DNA of 53,290 nt, counting the filler, from Jimgerdemannia flammicorona (Eukaryota): the NCBI GenBank assembly GCA_003990765.1. It is 3 parts of 3 records of this genome, joined end to end, with 100 filler letters (N's around TTAATTAATTAA, not from the genome) between each part and the next. Parts side by side here need not be neighbours in the genome. Positions count along the whole stretch, not along the records: positions 17,800 to 35,495 come from RBNJ01002447.1; positions 35,596 to 53,290 come from RBNJ01002448.1; 1 more part is not named here. One strand, 5' to 3'. The notes under the pieces were generated by a model, which had not been told where the DNA came from, ran no database searches, and worked only from the letters and a program-made list of their open reading frames with translations. The first letter of the stretch is position 1; every line of letters begins with the position of its first letter. The position numbers and the translations under genes were made by a program. This document shows positions 24,808 to 35,695 of this stretch, piece after piece.

Positions 24808-25289
24808 TATAAGAGGGTTACTTATTAGAGTAACTATTATATAGTTCTAAAAGAGTTTTCTGGAAGTTCTGGATATTTTGGAAGGCTGTTTTCTTAAGGT
24901 CAAAATCAATTTTGTATGGAGTATATCCTCTATGCTTATTGATTTCAAGATCAGGTTGATGTCTCAACCTAAGTCCTTTTTCAGACTGGTTCTGGATGTT
25001 CATGAAATTTCCTAATTGGGTATTGTCTGCAGTGATATACCAATTCAACTAAGCTGGTCTTAGTTTCTTAAACTTTCTGAAATATAGAAAATTCTGAACA
25101 TTCAGAATCAGTCTGAAAAAGAACTTAGATTAAGATATCAACCTGATCTTGAAATCAATAAGCATAGAGGATATACTTTATATGAAATTGATCTTGACCT
25201 TAAGAAAATGGTCTTCCAGAATATCCAGAACTTTCAGAAAACCCTTTCAGAACTATGTAACAGTTACTCTAATAAGTAACTCTCTTACA
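24808..25289. repeat. Inverted repeat of the LTR 3' end: 195-bp arms (24808-25002, 25095-25289) with a 92-bp spacer
   Basis: The left arm reverse-complements to TGAACATCCAGAACCAGTCTG...CCCTCTTATA and the right arm reads TGAACATTCAGAATCAGTCTG...CTCTCTTACA. Confidence 0.9.
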
Positions 25290-25302
25290 TTAGCAATGTA
25301 TA

Positions 25303-25528
25303 ATCTGATTTTAATATTCTTGATATCATTAGAAAGGCCCTATTAAGAGCTTTTAAATGACATCAAGATTATTAAAATTGGATAATTATTCATTGAGTTA
25401 TTGATATAAATTTTTAATTATCTAATTTTGAAATCAAAACAATAGTTAATTCAAATTGATCTGAATGAGATTCAATCCAAATCCAATCCAAATTCATCTG
25501 GATTAAATTGACTCATTTGGAGCACTAA
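25303..25528. mobile_element. Possible end of a degenerate DNA transposon or MITE
   Basis: Imperfect hairpin at 25303-25383, clustered AATCC repeats at about 25474-25490, and an end TTTGGAGCACTA. No partner terminus is seen. Confidence 0.25.
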
Positions 25529-25550
25529 CTTTGAGAGAGGTTTTTCTTTG

Positions 25551-25551
<1 letters not shown>

Positions 25552-25581
<30 letters not shown>

Positions 25582-28500
25582 GTTACTTAGACTTTACTAT
25601 TTATTACCAGTTTATTAATACATAAGTATACAGTATTGTCTCCCACTACCCAATCTCCATAGGAGAGCTTCTCCCCATCTCCTCACAAATAAAGACCACC
25701 CTCTCACCCACTACTCCAACTCTCTCCCTACTCTGTCCACAGATTTTCTCCACTAAGTGGTGCCTTCAACCACCCTGCAACCCCCAACCAAACCACCAGC
25801 CTATCAAGGTGTCTTCCATAAGGCTATACCACCACAACAGCTGGTCCCTCAAGCCCTATCTCCTCTCATCCTCAAAAACAAATAGCCAGTGACTGGCTAG
25901 CCTCATCCAAATGGCCAAAGCCCAGCTTAAGGTAAGTCACTCCTTTCCCACCCCCTCTATCAGTCTATCCCTCAAATCCTCCCACTGCTCCCATATGCCA
26001 TCTCCCCTATACATTATCCCCAAACAGTCTCCAATAGTCCGCCAAAAGTCACCAAGTACCTTATACTCTCCTAGTCAATGTTCAGGCATCTGTATATATC
26101 CCCCTTCCTGTTCTACATTATGGCACTCCTCACAGTCAAAGTAACTCCCCTTGATAAGGTGACCCAAGTAGAAGTTGAGTATTACATTCCTTCTCAGTAT
26201 ATACCATCAGACCACTCAGTACTTCAGTGGCATCTATCTCCTCACCTCAGCACTCTAGGCTCAAACACCATACCAGTTTCACTCTTCTCTGATTCCCACT
26301 CCTTGCCAACCACTAGGCTATAGATTCTGGTCTGGTCCTCTTTGGCATTCTATTCCATCACTAATATCAAACTCAATTAAGGGAACACCACCCAGCAGCA
26401 CTTGGTCCCATCTCCACATCACCAGGTCCCAAGCTACCTCTCCTTTATTTTCCTGCTAACGAATTCCAATGTGGTGCACCCCCTCTGCTACCCCTCACTA
26501 GAAGCCTTTGTATCACAATTGTTCAGTATTCCAAAGCCCAACTAATGATAAGAGATCTCCAGTTGAGCCTCTTGGTGAGGACCTCATCTCTCAGACCTTC
26601 TGCAATAGTGAGACCCAACTACCCCCTCTCAACTCTACCACTCTCTTTAACCACCATGCTCTCAAGCAGTATAGCTTTTTTGGAAAATCAACCAGCCCAA
26701 GTCTATCTCTTACCACCAGTAAGGATAAGATCTCCCAACTGATCTGACTCCTTCTTCCAGCCCAGATCCACTTCTTTACTAGCTTTATCAATCTCTTCAC
26801 TATCCAGGCTAGGAAGTCCAGATGATAAGTCAGATACTACAACTTTGGCAGTCAATAGATGTTCAAAATCAAGACATGCCCCACCAGAGACAGATGGTGA
26901 CCACAGGGCCTTTTCCCAGATTTCAACCCTCTGCTCTCACTAAAGTCTGGGCAGAACTGACCCATATACTGACAAATAAATACCTAAGTACTACACTATC
27001 TCACCAGCAGGGATGATTGTTCCAATAACCTCCCCTCCCACCAGACTATTTCCTAGCACTATTGTTTCATACTTATGCCAATTATGTTTAGCCCCAGAGT
27101 TCTCCTCATACCACTCCACTGTCTCCTTGAGCTCCTCAACATCAGCAATTGATCTCAGACTAACCATCATATCATCTGCAAAGGCCCCAACTTTCCACCT
27201 GATTCCAAAGATAGAGAGCCCCACTATCTTTTGCCTAATTCTGTCCATTAGGGGTTCTAGGGAAAGAGCATACAAAATGGGGGACAGTGGGTCCCCCTGG
27301 GGCACCCCCCTATCTAGGAGAAATGCTACCTCTCTATGTCTATTACACATGAGTACAGCCCTACTCCCTTTCAGTAGGCTGACCATTGCTGACTGGAACT
27401 GGCACAGAACTCCAGTTCTATCCAATACTTTCACCAGCCAGACTTGTCACACCTGGTCATAAGCCTTCTCCTGGTTCAAGAAGACCAGTCACCCATCCAG
27501 TCCACAAGCTCGTGCCCCTTCAATAACTTCATATACCCAGGCTGTGCCATCTCTAATGAGCCAACCTCTTACAAAACCCCTCTGCTCAACACCTATGACT
27601 TGCTGGGCCACCTTTTGTAGCCTTGTGACCACTACCTTAGTCACCAACTTTCTGTCCATATCCAGTAGCATAATCAGTCACCAGTTCTTCCAGTCCTCTC
27701 GCCTTCCTTTATTCTTATAAAGTAGTATCACCAGCCCCAGATTCTGCTCCCCCACCCATCTCCCTGTCTATAGTATAAAATCACACAATACCATCATCTT
27801 ACCCAGTACTCCTTGGACTCCCACCATTCTCTTCTAGAAGTCCCAGGGCAGACCATTTCCCCCAGGGACTGTATCTGGTGTTGTTATGGCAAGAACTTGG
27901 CAGATCTCCTCCTCTTGTACTGGCAATATCAAGTCACCCAGCCTATCTACTTGTGGAGAGTACTAATCCTCCAATACCTGGTCAATGGCAGCAGCATCTG
28001 CCCCACTCTCCTCCTCACTCCACAATCCACTCTATCACTCCTTTAACAATCCAAGAATGTCTTATATACCATATACTAGTATACCATCAGAATTAAGTAC
28101 CCCCTCCCACCTTTGCTGTATCCTTCTCACCTGAAGGGCCCTCATGAGATACTTTGAAGGTCTCTTCCCTTCCTCCAGACCCTGCCAATGAAGCTGTGCC
28201 ACCAAGCTCTGCACCCTTGCCTCTTCCTCTTCCCACAGCACTTGTTGTAGTTCTCTAACCTCTATTTTTACCCTCATTAATCTCCAATCTTCTTCCCCCT
28301 CCAACATTGCCAGCCTTGCCCAATCCTCCAAGAGTCTAGATAGTTTGATAGAAGCCCATCTCACCTGTTGCCTTCTCTGCTTCCCAACCTCCTTGCCAGC
28401 CTCACTCTAGTAGATTCTGGCCATCTCTTTTATCCTCATCTACCAAACACCAACTGGGGCACCTTTCTGCCTCCAGCTCTCTACTCTCAGTTAAATATCT

Positions 28501-31401
28501 TTAGCCCACTCATCCCATCAGATCCTATTATCTAATAAAGAGGAATTGAGGTGCTAATGTCCAGACCCATCCCCACTCTCCCTAAAATGCCCCTGTTCTA
28601 AAAGCCCCCAGTGATCTGACCATGGACACCATTCCACCTCCAGTGACTTCCAAACATCTAAGCCCCAGTAGCTGGTCATCAGAATTCAGTTAATTCTTGT
28701 CCCCAGGCCCCCTGCCCAATGCATATATACCCTTCTATCTCCCCAGTACTCTCTACTAGTATCTACCAGAGTACTTAGCCTTTCTACTTCCTCCCATACC
28801 ACCAGCCCTCCACTCCTACTCTCAGCTCCCCATCCTCCATCTGTTTTATCCATCAGTATGTTCCAAACCATATTGAAGTCTCCACCAAGCATATCCACCC
28901 CAGCCTCTATAAGGATCCCACTCTCCTGGAGACCCTTCATCCAATCTACATACTCACTCTATACAGCAGGGCAGTAACAGGAGCTCACTGTAACTGGTTC
29001 CCAACCTATATATATTTACTCTCAGACCAATCTATCTCCCCAGCTCCTCATATCCCTTATCTCCCCTCTGCCTTTCTAAATCAGAATCCTAATCTTGCCC
29101 TTCCAAACTGCCTCATCTCTTCATTCTTTCATCCATTTGAGTTTATCTCAATCATCCTCACACCTGATGTCCTATAAGAGGAAGAGATCAGCCTCCAATT
29201 CCTTCAGTCAAGTAAAAATGTTCCTATATCTAGCAGCACTCTATAACCTATTCATGTTCATAGAAAAAATGTTGGTTGTACTATTCATAATGAAATATAG
29301 TGTATTATCAAATCCTTCCCTACTGCTCCATGTTCATCTCTTCCTGCACCATATCTAGATTATGTTCCATAGTCACCTCCTCCTCTTCAGCTCTCTGAGC
29401 CTCCAATTCAGTCAACAGCTCATTCATCTCCCCATCTGCCTTCTCCTCAAACTCCTCTCAGTACTCTAGGTAGGCCTTCTGCCAGAGCTACAATCCATGA
29501 TACTTGTTCTAGTAGTATTCAGCCCTCTCTCTAGCAATATCCACCAGCTCCACCTCCTGCTCCTTATCTACCTCATATCCTTCCTCCTCCAGATATACTG
29601 TAAGGATTTCTGCCTTCAATACCATCATTACTCCATCTCTCTGCAGGATCTGCACCCAATACTCATCACTCATTACTCTCAAGTTCACCTCTCCCAACTC
29701 TTCAGCTGCTAAGTTATTCATCATCTGGTACATCCAAAGTAGGTTCCCCACCTTCTTCCCTCCAGAAGTCACTGACCTTCCTCTATCCAGTATTGTAGTA
29801 TTAGCTCTAGCACTCACAGACTCATCTCACATCTCTGGGACATCCACCAGTTCCTCCTCTTCAGCCACCACCACTTGTCCCCCATTTGCTACCTCCAGAA
29901 CTCCAAATTTCACTCACTGGGCCCCCTGCATTGGTACATCCTCCACCACTCTGCTTTGGGAAGCTGGACCTTACCTGATAAGAGGAGTAGGGGTAGGGGA
30001 GTTCTCTCAGGCCTCCTTCCAAACCTCAAGCATACTATTAGCATACAGGTTATTACCAGTTGCCTCTCTGTCCTCCTCTGTCCCCTTCCTAGTATTCCCA
30101 CCACCCTTGCCAGTCCAGACACTTGCTTTGGCCCCCCCCACACCCACCATTCTGCTTGCATCCTTCAGTGATCTGCCTTCCAGCTTAGTCAGCAGCTCCT
30201 TCTATCTCTTATACTCTGAGCTCTTTCCCACTACTCTTTGTCTACTCAAATCTGCTTTCCATCCACTACCTCCAAGTGCATCGACTCTACAAAAGCCTTC
30301 TAAGCCTTTACTCACTACTCTACAATACCACTCAACTCTTCCAGTACTTCTAATAAGTCCTCTTCCTCCTTCTCACTCCCCTTCACCCTTGTCACCTTGC
30401 ACAAGATTACTCCCCAGACCATCACCAAAGGCCAGTTCCTTGTCTTCTTAATAGCTTCTTTCTCTGTCAGCCAAATCCTCACATCTATGTCTTCAGTCCT
30501 AAGCAAAGTTCCTTCCCAAACTCTGAATCTGATATTCACCACCTCTTTATACTCTGCTATGACCTTCTTGACTCTCCTTCTCATCTCCACTACTGTTATT
30601 GTGGACACTTCTTTCACCAGCAGTTGAACTACCCTGAGATCTCATTTCAGATAATGTACCATTGGAACACACATCTCCCCAACTACCAATCCAACCTTCA
30701 GTGCCTCCTCTAAGGGCTCAGCCTCCTCAAAGCCCACCTCCACTCTCTCTAATCTCTTTAGAAACTTTACTGATACAGCTCCTGCCACCTGCTTAGTAAT
30801 AAGCTCCAGTATCATTTTTGCCATCATCACTAGGCCCCAGAAGCACAATGTAACTGTGAACACTGAGATTAGTTTTTTGAGTAATGGGGCCACTACTAGG
30901 CCCATCACACCATCTACCAAATCTCCTTGCCTTCCAAGCCTCCACTGCTCAGCTGTACCATCAGCAGTCATATCTGGATTTTTTTCCAGATTAGTAGTCC
31001 TGTCACTATCAGCCATCATGCTCCCCCCAGCCACTATACCCCCAGCTCCACTGCTTACTCCCCCACATACTGCTGCCTTCTCCATCTTCTTGCCTTTCCT
31101 CAGCCAACCCTCCAGCCCTGATACCTACTATCTCTCCTTCATCATCTCTGCAAAGCTTGTCCTTCCCAATCCTTATCCTCCACTACTGTCTCCACCTTCT
31201 ACATCTACCCACCCCAGGCCAGGGCCTCTCCCCACCTACTGCCAGTCAAACACACTTGGGCCACCCTGCCCAGTACACACCTCAGATTGCCTGTCAGTCA
31301 CCATGTTACTAGTCTCTTTTCTTCAAAAATGATATTGTAAGTACTTTCCAGAGGTTGTGTAACCCAAATGGTACTGGAGAAAGATGGAAATTTTCTGGCT
31401 G
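25552..31401 (-). mobile_element. Full-length L1/Tx1-like LINE, subfamily II (LINE-3), nonsense-mutated
   Basis: Poly(T) at about 25551-25578. TSD GAGGTTTTTCTTTGT at 25537-25551 and 31402-31416. ORF2 from ATG 29288 (GGDFN, PQGDPLSPILY, FADD); ORF1 from about 31304. Confidence 0.95.
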
Positions 31402-31729
31402 GAGGTTTTTCTTTGTCTATTACTCTACTTAGAGTAGCAGAAGCTATATTAATTGGCTTGGACATAGCCTTAGAGTTTTAAGCATATGTCTTTGGTCATT
31501 AGCATATGGTTGCTTACTCCCTAGTGATAGAAAGAGCATGGTGTGCAGAATAAAGTGTGGGCTAACATAAGCTCTGCTGCACCTGGCATGGCCAAGCTGC
31601 TGGACAATAGCTAGCTTAGGTTTAATAAGGATGTAGTGCTCAGGGGGAGATGAGAGAGAGTTTTGGCCTATATAGTCTAGATTCCCTTTCAATAAAAATC
31701 TGCAGGACTTTGAGTCTATTAAAAAAAAA
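31402..31729 (+). mobile_element. 3' remnant of the third LINE-like family (second copy; target of LINE-3)
   Basis: Homologous to 141-470; ends AATAAAAATCTGCAGGACTTTGAGTCTATT followed by A9. Confidence 0.6.
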
Positions 31730-32174
31730 GGGGGGGAATTTGGAAGAAGCTCACAATCTCGGAGAACCGTGGAGCAAAACCCTCCCCCCCTAAAGGAGAT
31801 CCTATGGCGCGTTTATGGTCAAGATACATCAACGAAACCTGTGTCCACAATTCTAATCTGAATTAGCCAGGCCCTTCCACTCCGAGTAGAAAATGGGGGG
31901 TTCCCCCCCCCCCCCCCCCCCCCCCACCCCTACGCACTCAGCCTCCGTTTAAGTCGACGCAGGCAGTTTGCTTGGCTTATGGACCACCAGCGTCGCATAA
32001 AATGGTTGCAGCTGCTTGATTTGGATTCGTACCCCTCCCCCATTCGCTTTGACGCGATATAAAACAATTTACTCGCACCAAAATGTAGATTCCCGACCGA
32101 GATTCCCTCTCTATCCTCCCTCTACGGCAAACATTCTATTTATATAATTCATGTGTTTTCAAAGAACACTGTTA

Positions 32175-32306
32175 TTCTGCGCTGCATTTTTCTGCACTAC
32201 ATTGTTCTGATTGTCATTTTTCACTGCATTGTCGTGTTCTGCACTGCATCGTCGTTCTGCGCTGCATTCTGCGCTGCATTCTGCGCTGCATCATTCTGCG
32301 TTGCAT
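32175..32306 (+). repeat. Degenerate tandem repeat, core TTCTGCGCTGCA
   Basis: Three perfect 12-nt units at about 32255-32290, with several variants on either side. Confidence 0.7.
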
Positions 32307-33475
32307 TAATATCTGTCGGCCTGGATTCGCAACGCTCAGCCTCGCTGACAGTTCATCGTCCTGTATTTGCAACTCTCAGCGGCCTAGTTACAGACCTATA
32401 GCTACATGCACAAAAATATATATTGTCGGTATTTATCAACACGAGATTCCCTCCACTGAGATTCTACCAAAATTTCCGCAACTTTGAAGATGGCTTTTGT
32501 CCTTGTCAGCTTTGATATAGCGGGCAGGGCACTGCGCGCACACGAGCTCAAATGGTTTCGCTTGCTCAAAGTGACTGGAATTCTCGGACTGTTTGGAGTG
32601 GAAAGACGAAACTGCCGTTCGCAATGGTTTCCCGTGAAGCCAAAATAAGTAATCTTCGCCTCTTGCTGCATAAATCGGTTTACCATCCCATCAGCCACGA
32701 CTCCAGTTTCCATGAAACTGGGATATTACGGATCCATCGCGTTTAGTCAACGAACCACTCGACATGTGCGTAACACACTTATATTCGCAGACGGGGCACC
32801 CAACTACTCGTACATGCACCAACAGACGACGCTCATGGTCGAAACCATGAAATGGAAGAAAATAAGGGGAACAAAAAAATGGGGGAGAGAATGCAAAAAT
32901 ACAATGCAATGCAATGGAGAGGGGGTATAATATAATGAATTGTGCGAAGCCATTAAAAAACAGAGGAAAGGAGGAAGGAAATAAACCAGCATCTAAACGA
33001 AACGAAACCGCACTCCGCATTCCGTCGCACGAGGCGACGAGGATATCATACAACAATTTCCTTGAATAAATGTTGCACAACCATAAGGAAGCGGGTGTAG
33101 ATCGTCGGGAGCATCGGTCATTTCGGTGAGAAAAGAAAATCAGAGCGGAGGATGCTGATAATTATTAGATGATGGAATGGAACGGCTACATATTTTACTT
33201 CTTTAAATAGGAAGGAACTTCTACACCCGTCTTTCAACGGCCGAAAAAAAAACCTCCCGTTGCGACTTCGAGCGAGAACCCAGTCCCGCCCATGCAAAAC
33301 AACGAAAAGAGAAAAAAAACGCGAACACCATACACACCTCCCTCTTTCAAGGGTTCCAGAACCCAGTCTACACACTCAAACACAGGTTTCTACTACTCGC
33401 GTTCTACGCACCAAACAACAAGGAAAAAAAATTCCATAACCACCCTACCACAGCCACCATCATTACATTACACCT

Positions 33476-35446
33476 CTACCACGCGTTGCTCCATCCAAGC
33501 GAGTTCTCCTGCATGATGGGAGCGGATATGGACGGCCCGTAGATCTGGGCGTTCTGGTGCTGGAGCTGTGCCTGCTTCTGCTTCTTTCGCTTGTACGTGC
33601 GGATGACGACGGCGGTGAGCCCGGCGTAGAGGATGGTGCAGCCGCCGACAGCCAGCCCAATTATCAGGCCTTTGCCCATGCCCGCGCTCTTTTGAACGTC
33701 CGAGGGAGAGCTACTGGGGTTCACGTCGGGGTTATTAGGGTCAACATTGCTGTTAGACTCGGAGCTAGTGCCCGGCACGCCAGGAGCGACGAAGGCGAGG
33801 GAGTAGGTCGGGTCGATGAGCTGGCCGATCTGGCCGGTCTTATTCGAATAGAGCTCCGACGAGGGGTCACGGATCTCCTGCTGGAGCGGGGCGACCTGTT
33901 TCTTGGGCAGAGCGAAACGGATGACGATGCCAGAGCCTGCGTCGCGGCGGCGGCGGCGAGAGCTTTGCAAGGTGTTGGAAGCGGAGCAGATAGAGAGGAT
34001 AATGACATCTGAAAGAGAGCAGTCTTCGAGTGTCGCGCAGATGCAGGTGGGGAAGAAGTTGATGATCTGGGATGAAAGGACGGGGTCGACGACGAGCTGG
34101 GTGTAATCAATATTTAAGAGCCTCATACGGACGATGGAACTCGACGCGGGGATAACCACATTCAGGTTCGGGGTGATGAACTGAGGTACGTTGGCGGGTG
34201 TATCGGTGGGCGTCAAGGTAATGGTGGAGGAGCCGCTGACGACAATAATAGGGGATGCCGACGTGGTGGGTACGACGGTGGCGGAGCGGAGGTCGAGTGT
34301 CGATGGCAACCACGTGAGCGAAGAGTAGACGAAGCTCTTGAGCGGAGTGGAAGAGACCGTCATGTACGAGGATGAGGTGGTGATAACCTTGGACGACGTG
34401 GATATGATGGTCTTGGACGTGGAAGTTGTGCGGATAGAGACGGCGGACGAGGAGATGGTGATGACAGGAGCGCTAGAGATTGTGTAGATGGAGGCGGCGG
34501 ACGAGGTGATGTTGATGACAGGAGCGCTAGAGATTGTGTAGATGGAGGCGGCGGACGAGGTGCTGGTGATGGCAGGAACGCTAGAGGTTGTGCGGGTGGA
34601 GACGGCGGACGAGGTGACGACGAAGACAGTGGAGGACGAGACGAACGTGCTGGACTCCTTGGTGCTGGACTCCATGGTGCTGGACTCCTTGGTGCTGGAC
34701 TCCTTGGTGCTGGACTCCTTGGTGCTGGACTCCTTGGTGCTGGACTCCTTGGTGCTGGACTCCTTGGTGCTGGACTCCTTGGTGCTCGGTAAAAACCAGT
34801 CAAAGGTCGGGGTCACGCGAGATGTCTGAATGTCGGTGCTGGACTCCTTGGTGCTGGACTCCTTAGCGCTCGACGGCAACCTGTTAAAGGTCGGAGTCAC
34901 GCGGGAGGATGTCTGAATGTCGCTGCTAGTCTGGGTCACATACGAGGACGAAGCCGAGAAAGATGCCGTCAGGTGGTCGCTGCTTCGGGTCACATCCGAA
35001 GACGAGGTCGCCGGGACACTGCTGCTCCGGTTCACACCCGGAGACGGGGCTGCCGAAACGCTGCTGCTCTGAGTCACGTATGATGATGAACCTGTCGGAA
35101 CGTCGCTGCTCTTGGTCATGTAAGACGACGAAGCGCTGCCACTCTGGGTTACATACGGCGACGGCGAAGCCGCCGGAGCCGCCGAAGCCACCGAAGCGCT
35201 GTCACTCTGAGTCATATACGAGGACGACAGCAATGGGCGAGTATCGCTGGTTTTAGTCACAAACTTTGAGGTCGAGTCTGAGGACTGGGCCGACGAAATC
35301 GTTGTGGTGGTGCTAGGGGTGAAGATGGGGCCGGTTTTGGAGCTCGAGTTCGGAGCTTCTGAAGAGCTGGCGGACAATGTGGTAACGATGGGCGAGTTTG
35401 TGCTCACTGTGGGTAGGAAAATGGCAGATAGAATGTTGGGATTCAT
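33476..35446 (-). CDS. MSB2: Msb2/Hkr1-family signalling mucin (possibly 5'-incomplete)
   Basis: Intact 656-aa ORF. It has a long Ser/Thr-rich repeat region, an Hkr1-Msb2 homology-like domain (YTQLVVDPVLSSQI...IRDPSSELY...LIDPTYSL), one transmembrane segment (LIIGLAVGGCTILYAGLTAVVI) followed by RTYKRKK, and the family C-terminal motif ISAPIMQENSLGW. Confidence 0.88.
   Translation of the reverse strand: MNPNILSAIFLPTVSTNSPIVTTLSASSSEAPNSSSKTGPIFTPSTTTTISSAQSSDSTSKFVTKTSDTRPLLSSSYMTQSDSASVASAAPAASPSPYVTQSGSASSSYMTKSSDVPTGSSSYVTQSSSVSAAPSPGVNRSSSVPATSSSDVTRSSDHLTASFSASSSYVTQTSSDIQTSSRVTPTFNRLPSSAKESSTKESSTDIQTSRVTPTFDWFLPSTKESSTKESSTKESSTKESSTKESSTKESSTKESSTMESSTKESSTFVSSSTVFVVTSSAVSTRTTSSVPAITSTSSAASIYTISSAPVINITSSAASIYTISSAPVITISSSAVSIRTTSTSKTIISTSSKVITTSSSYMTVSSTPLKSFVYSSLTWLPSTLDLRSATVVPTTSASPIIVVSGSSTITLTPTDTPANVPQFITPNLNVVIPASSSIVRMRLLNIDYTQLVVDPVLSSQIINFFPTCICATLEDCSLSDVIILSICSASNTLQSSRRRRRDAGSGIVIRFALPKKQVAPLQQEIRDPSSELYSNKTGQIGQLIDPTYSLAFVAPGVPGTSSESNSNVDPNNPDVNPSSSPSDVQKSAGMGKGLIIGLAVGGCTILYAGLTAVVIRTYKRKKQKQAQLQHQNAQIYGPSISAPIMQENSLGWSNAW
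34440..34615 (-). repeat. 51-bp coding repeats in the mucin (SSAASIYTISSAPVIxI-like, about 3 copies)
   Basis: GGCGGACGAGG recurs every 51-57 nt, with two near-identical ACAGGAGCGCTAGAGATTGTGTAGATGGAGGCGG units. Confidence 0.8.
34647..34786 (-). repeat. 15-bp coding minisatellite (KESST)x9 in the mucin; two more units at about 34836-34865
   Basis: GTGCTGGACTCCTTG repeated nine times with a single T>A variant. Confidence 0.95.
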
Positions 35447-35495
35447 TGTCGGATTTTTTTATGGGACTCCATTTTTTACACCTCCAGCTGCAAAA

Positions 35496-35595
35496 NNNNN
35501 NNNNNNNNNNNNNNNNNNNNNNNNNNNNNNNNNNNNNNNTTAATTAATTAANNNNNNNNNNNNNNNNNNNNNNNNNNNNNNNNNNNNNNNNNNNN
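35496..35595. other. Artificial contig spacer N44-TTAATTAATTAA-N44
   Basis: Identical to 17700-17799. Confidence 0.98.
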
Positions 35596-35695
35596 TTTTA
35601 TAGTCTCTTGGACTCCTTTATTACAGCTATCGAATATAATTACAGAGAACTACAATACACTACCAATCCTAAAACATATACTGAAGTAGAGTCCT

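Larger units (their letters stand above)
17800..25289 (-). mobile_element. Internally deleted, non-autonomous derivative of Gypsy C, interrupted by a LINE at 18082-24027 and with an inverted LTR end
   Basis: Reverse complements: 24808-25002 is the C LTR end, 24792-24804 the PBS, 24028-24790 plus 17970-18081 match C 42112-42975, and 17800-17960 matches C LTR 41660-41819. 25003-25289 is the LTR end in plus orientation. Confidence 0.85.

Noticed and set aside
32153..33516. Short ORFs in the CpG-rich intergenic region
   Set aside because: No recognisable domains; overlapping on both strands; consistent with 3' UTR or intergenic DNA.
34647..34786. Regular short repeats resembling a CRISPR array
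   Set aside because: Head-to-tail 15-mers with no spacers, in frame within a eukaryotic mucin.
34360..34829. Alternative-frame ORFs (RSPAP)n and (LDSLV)n
   Set aside because: Shadows of the KESST minisatellite in other frames.
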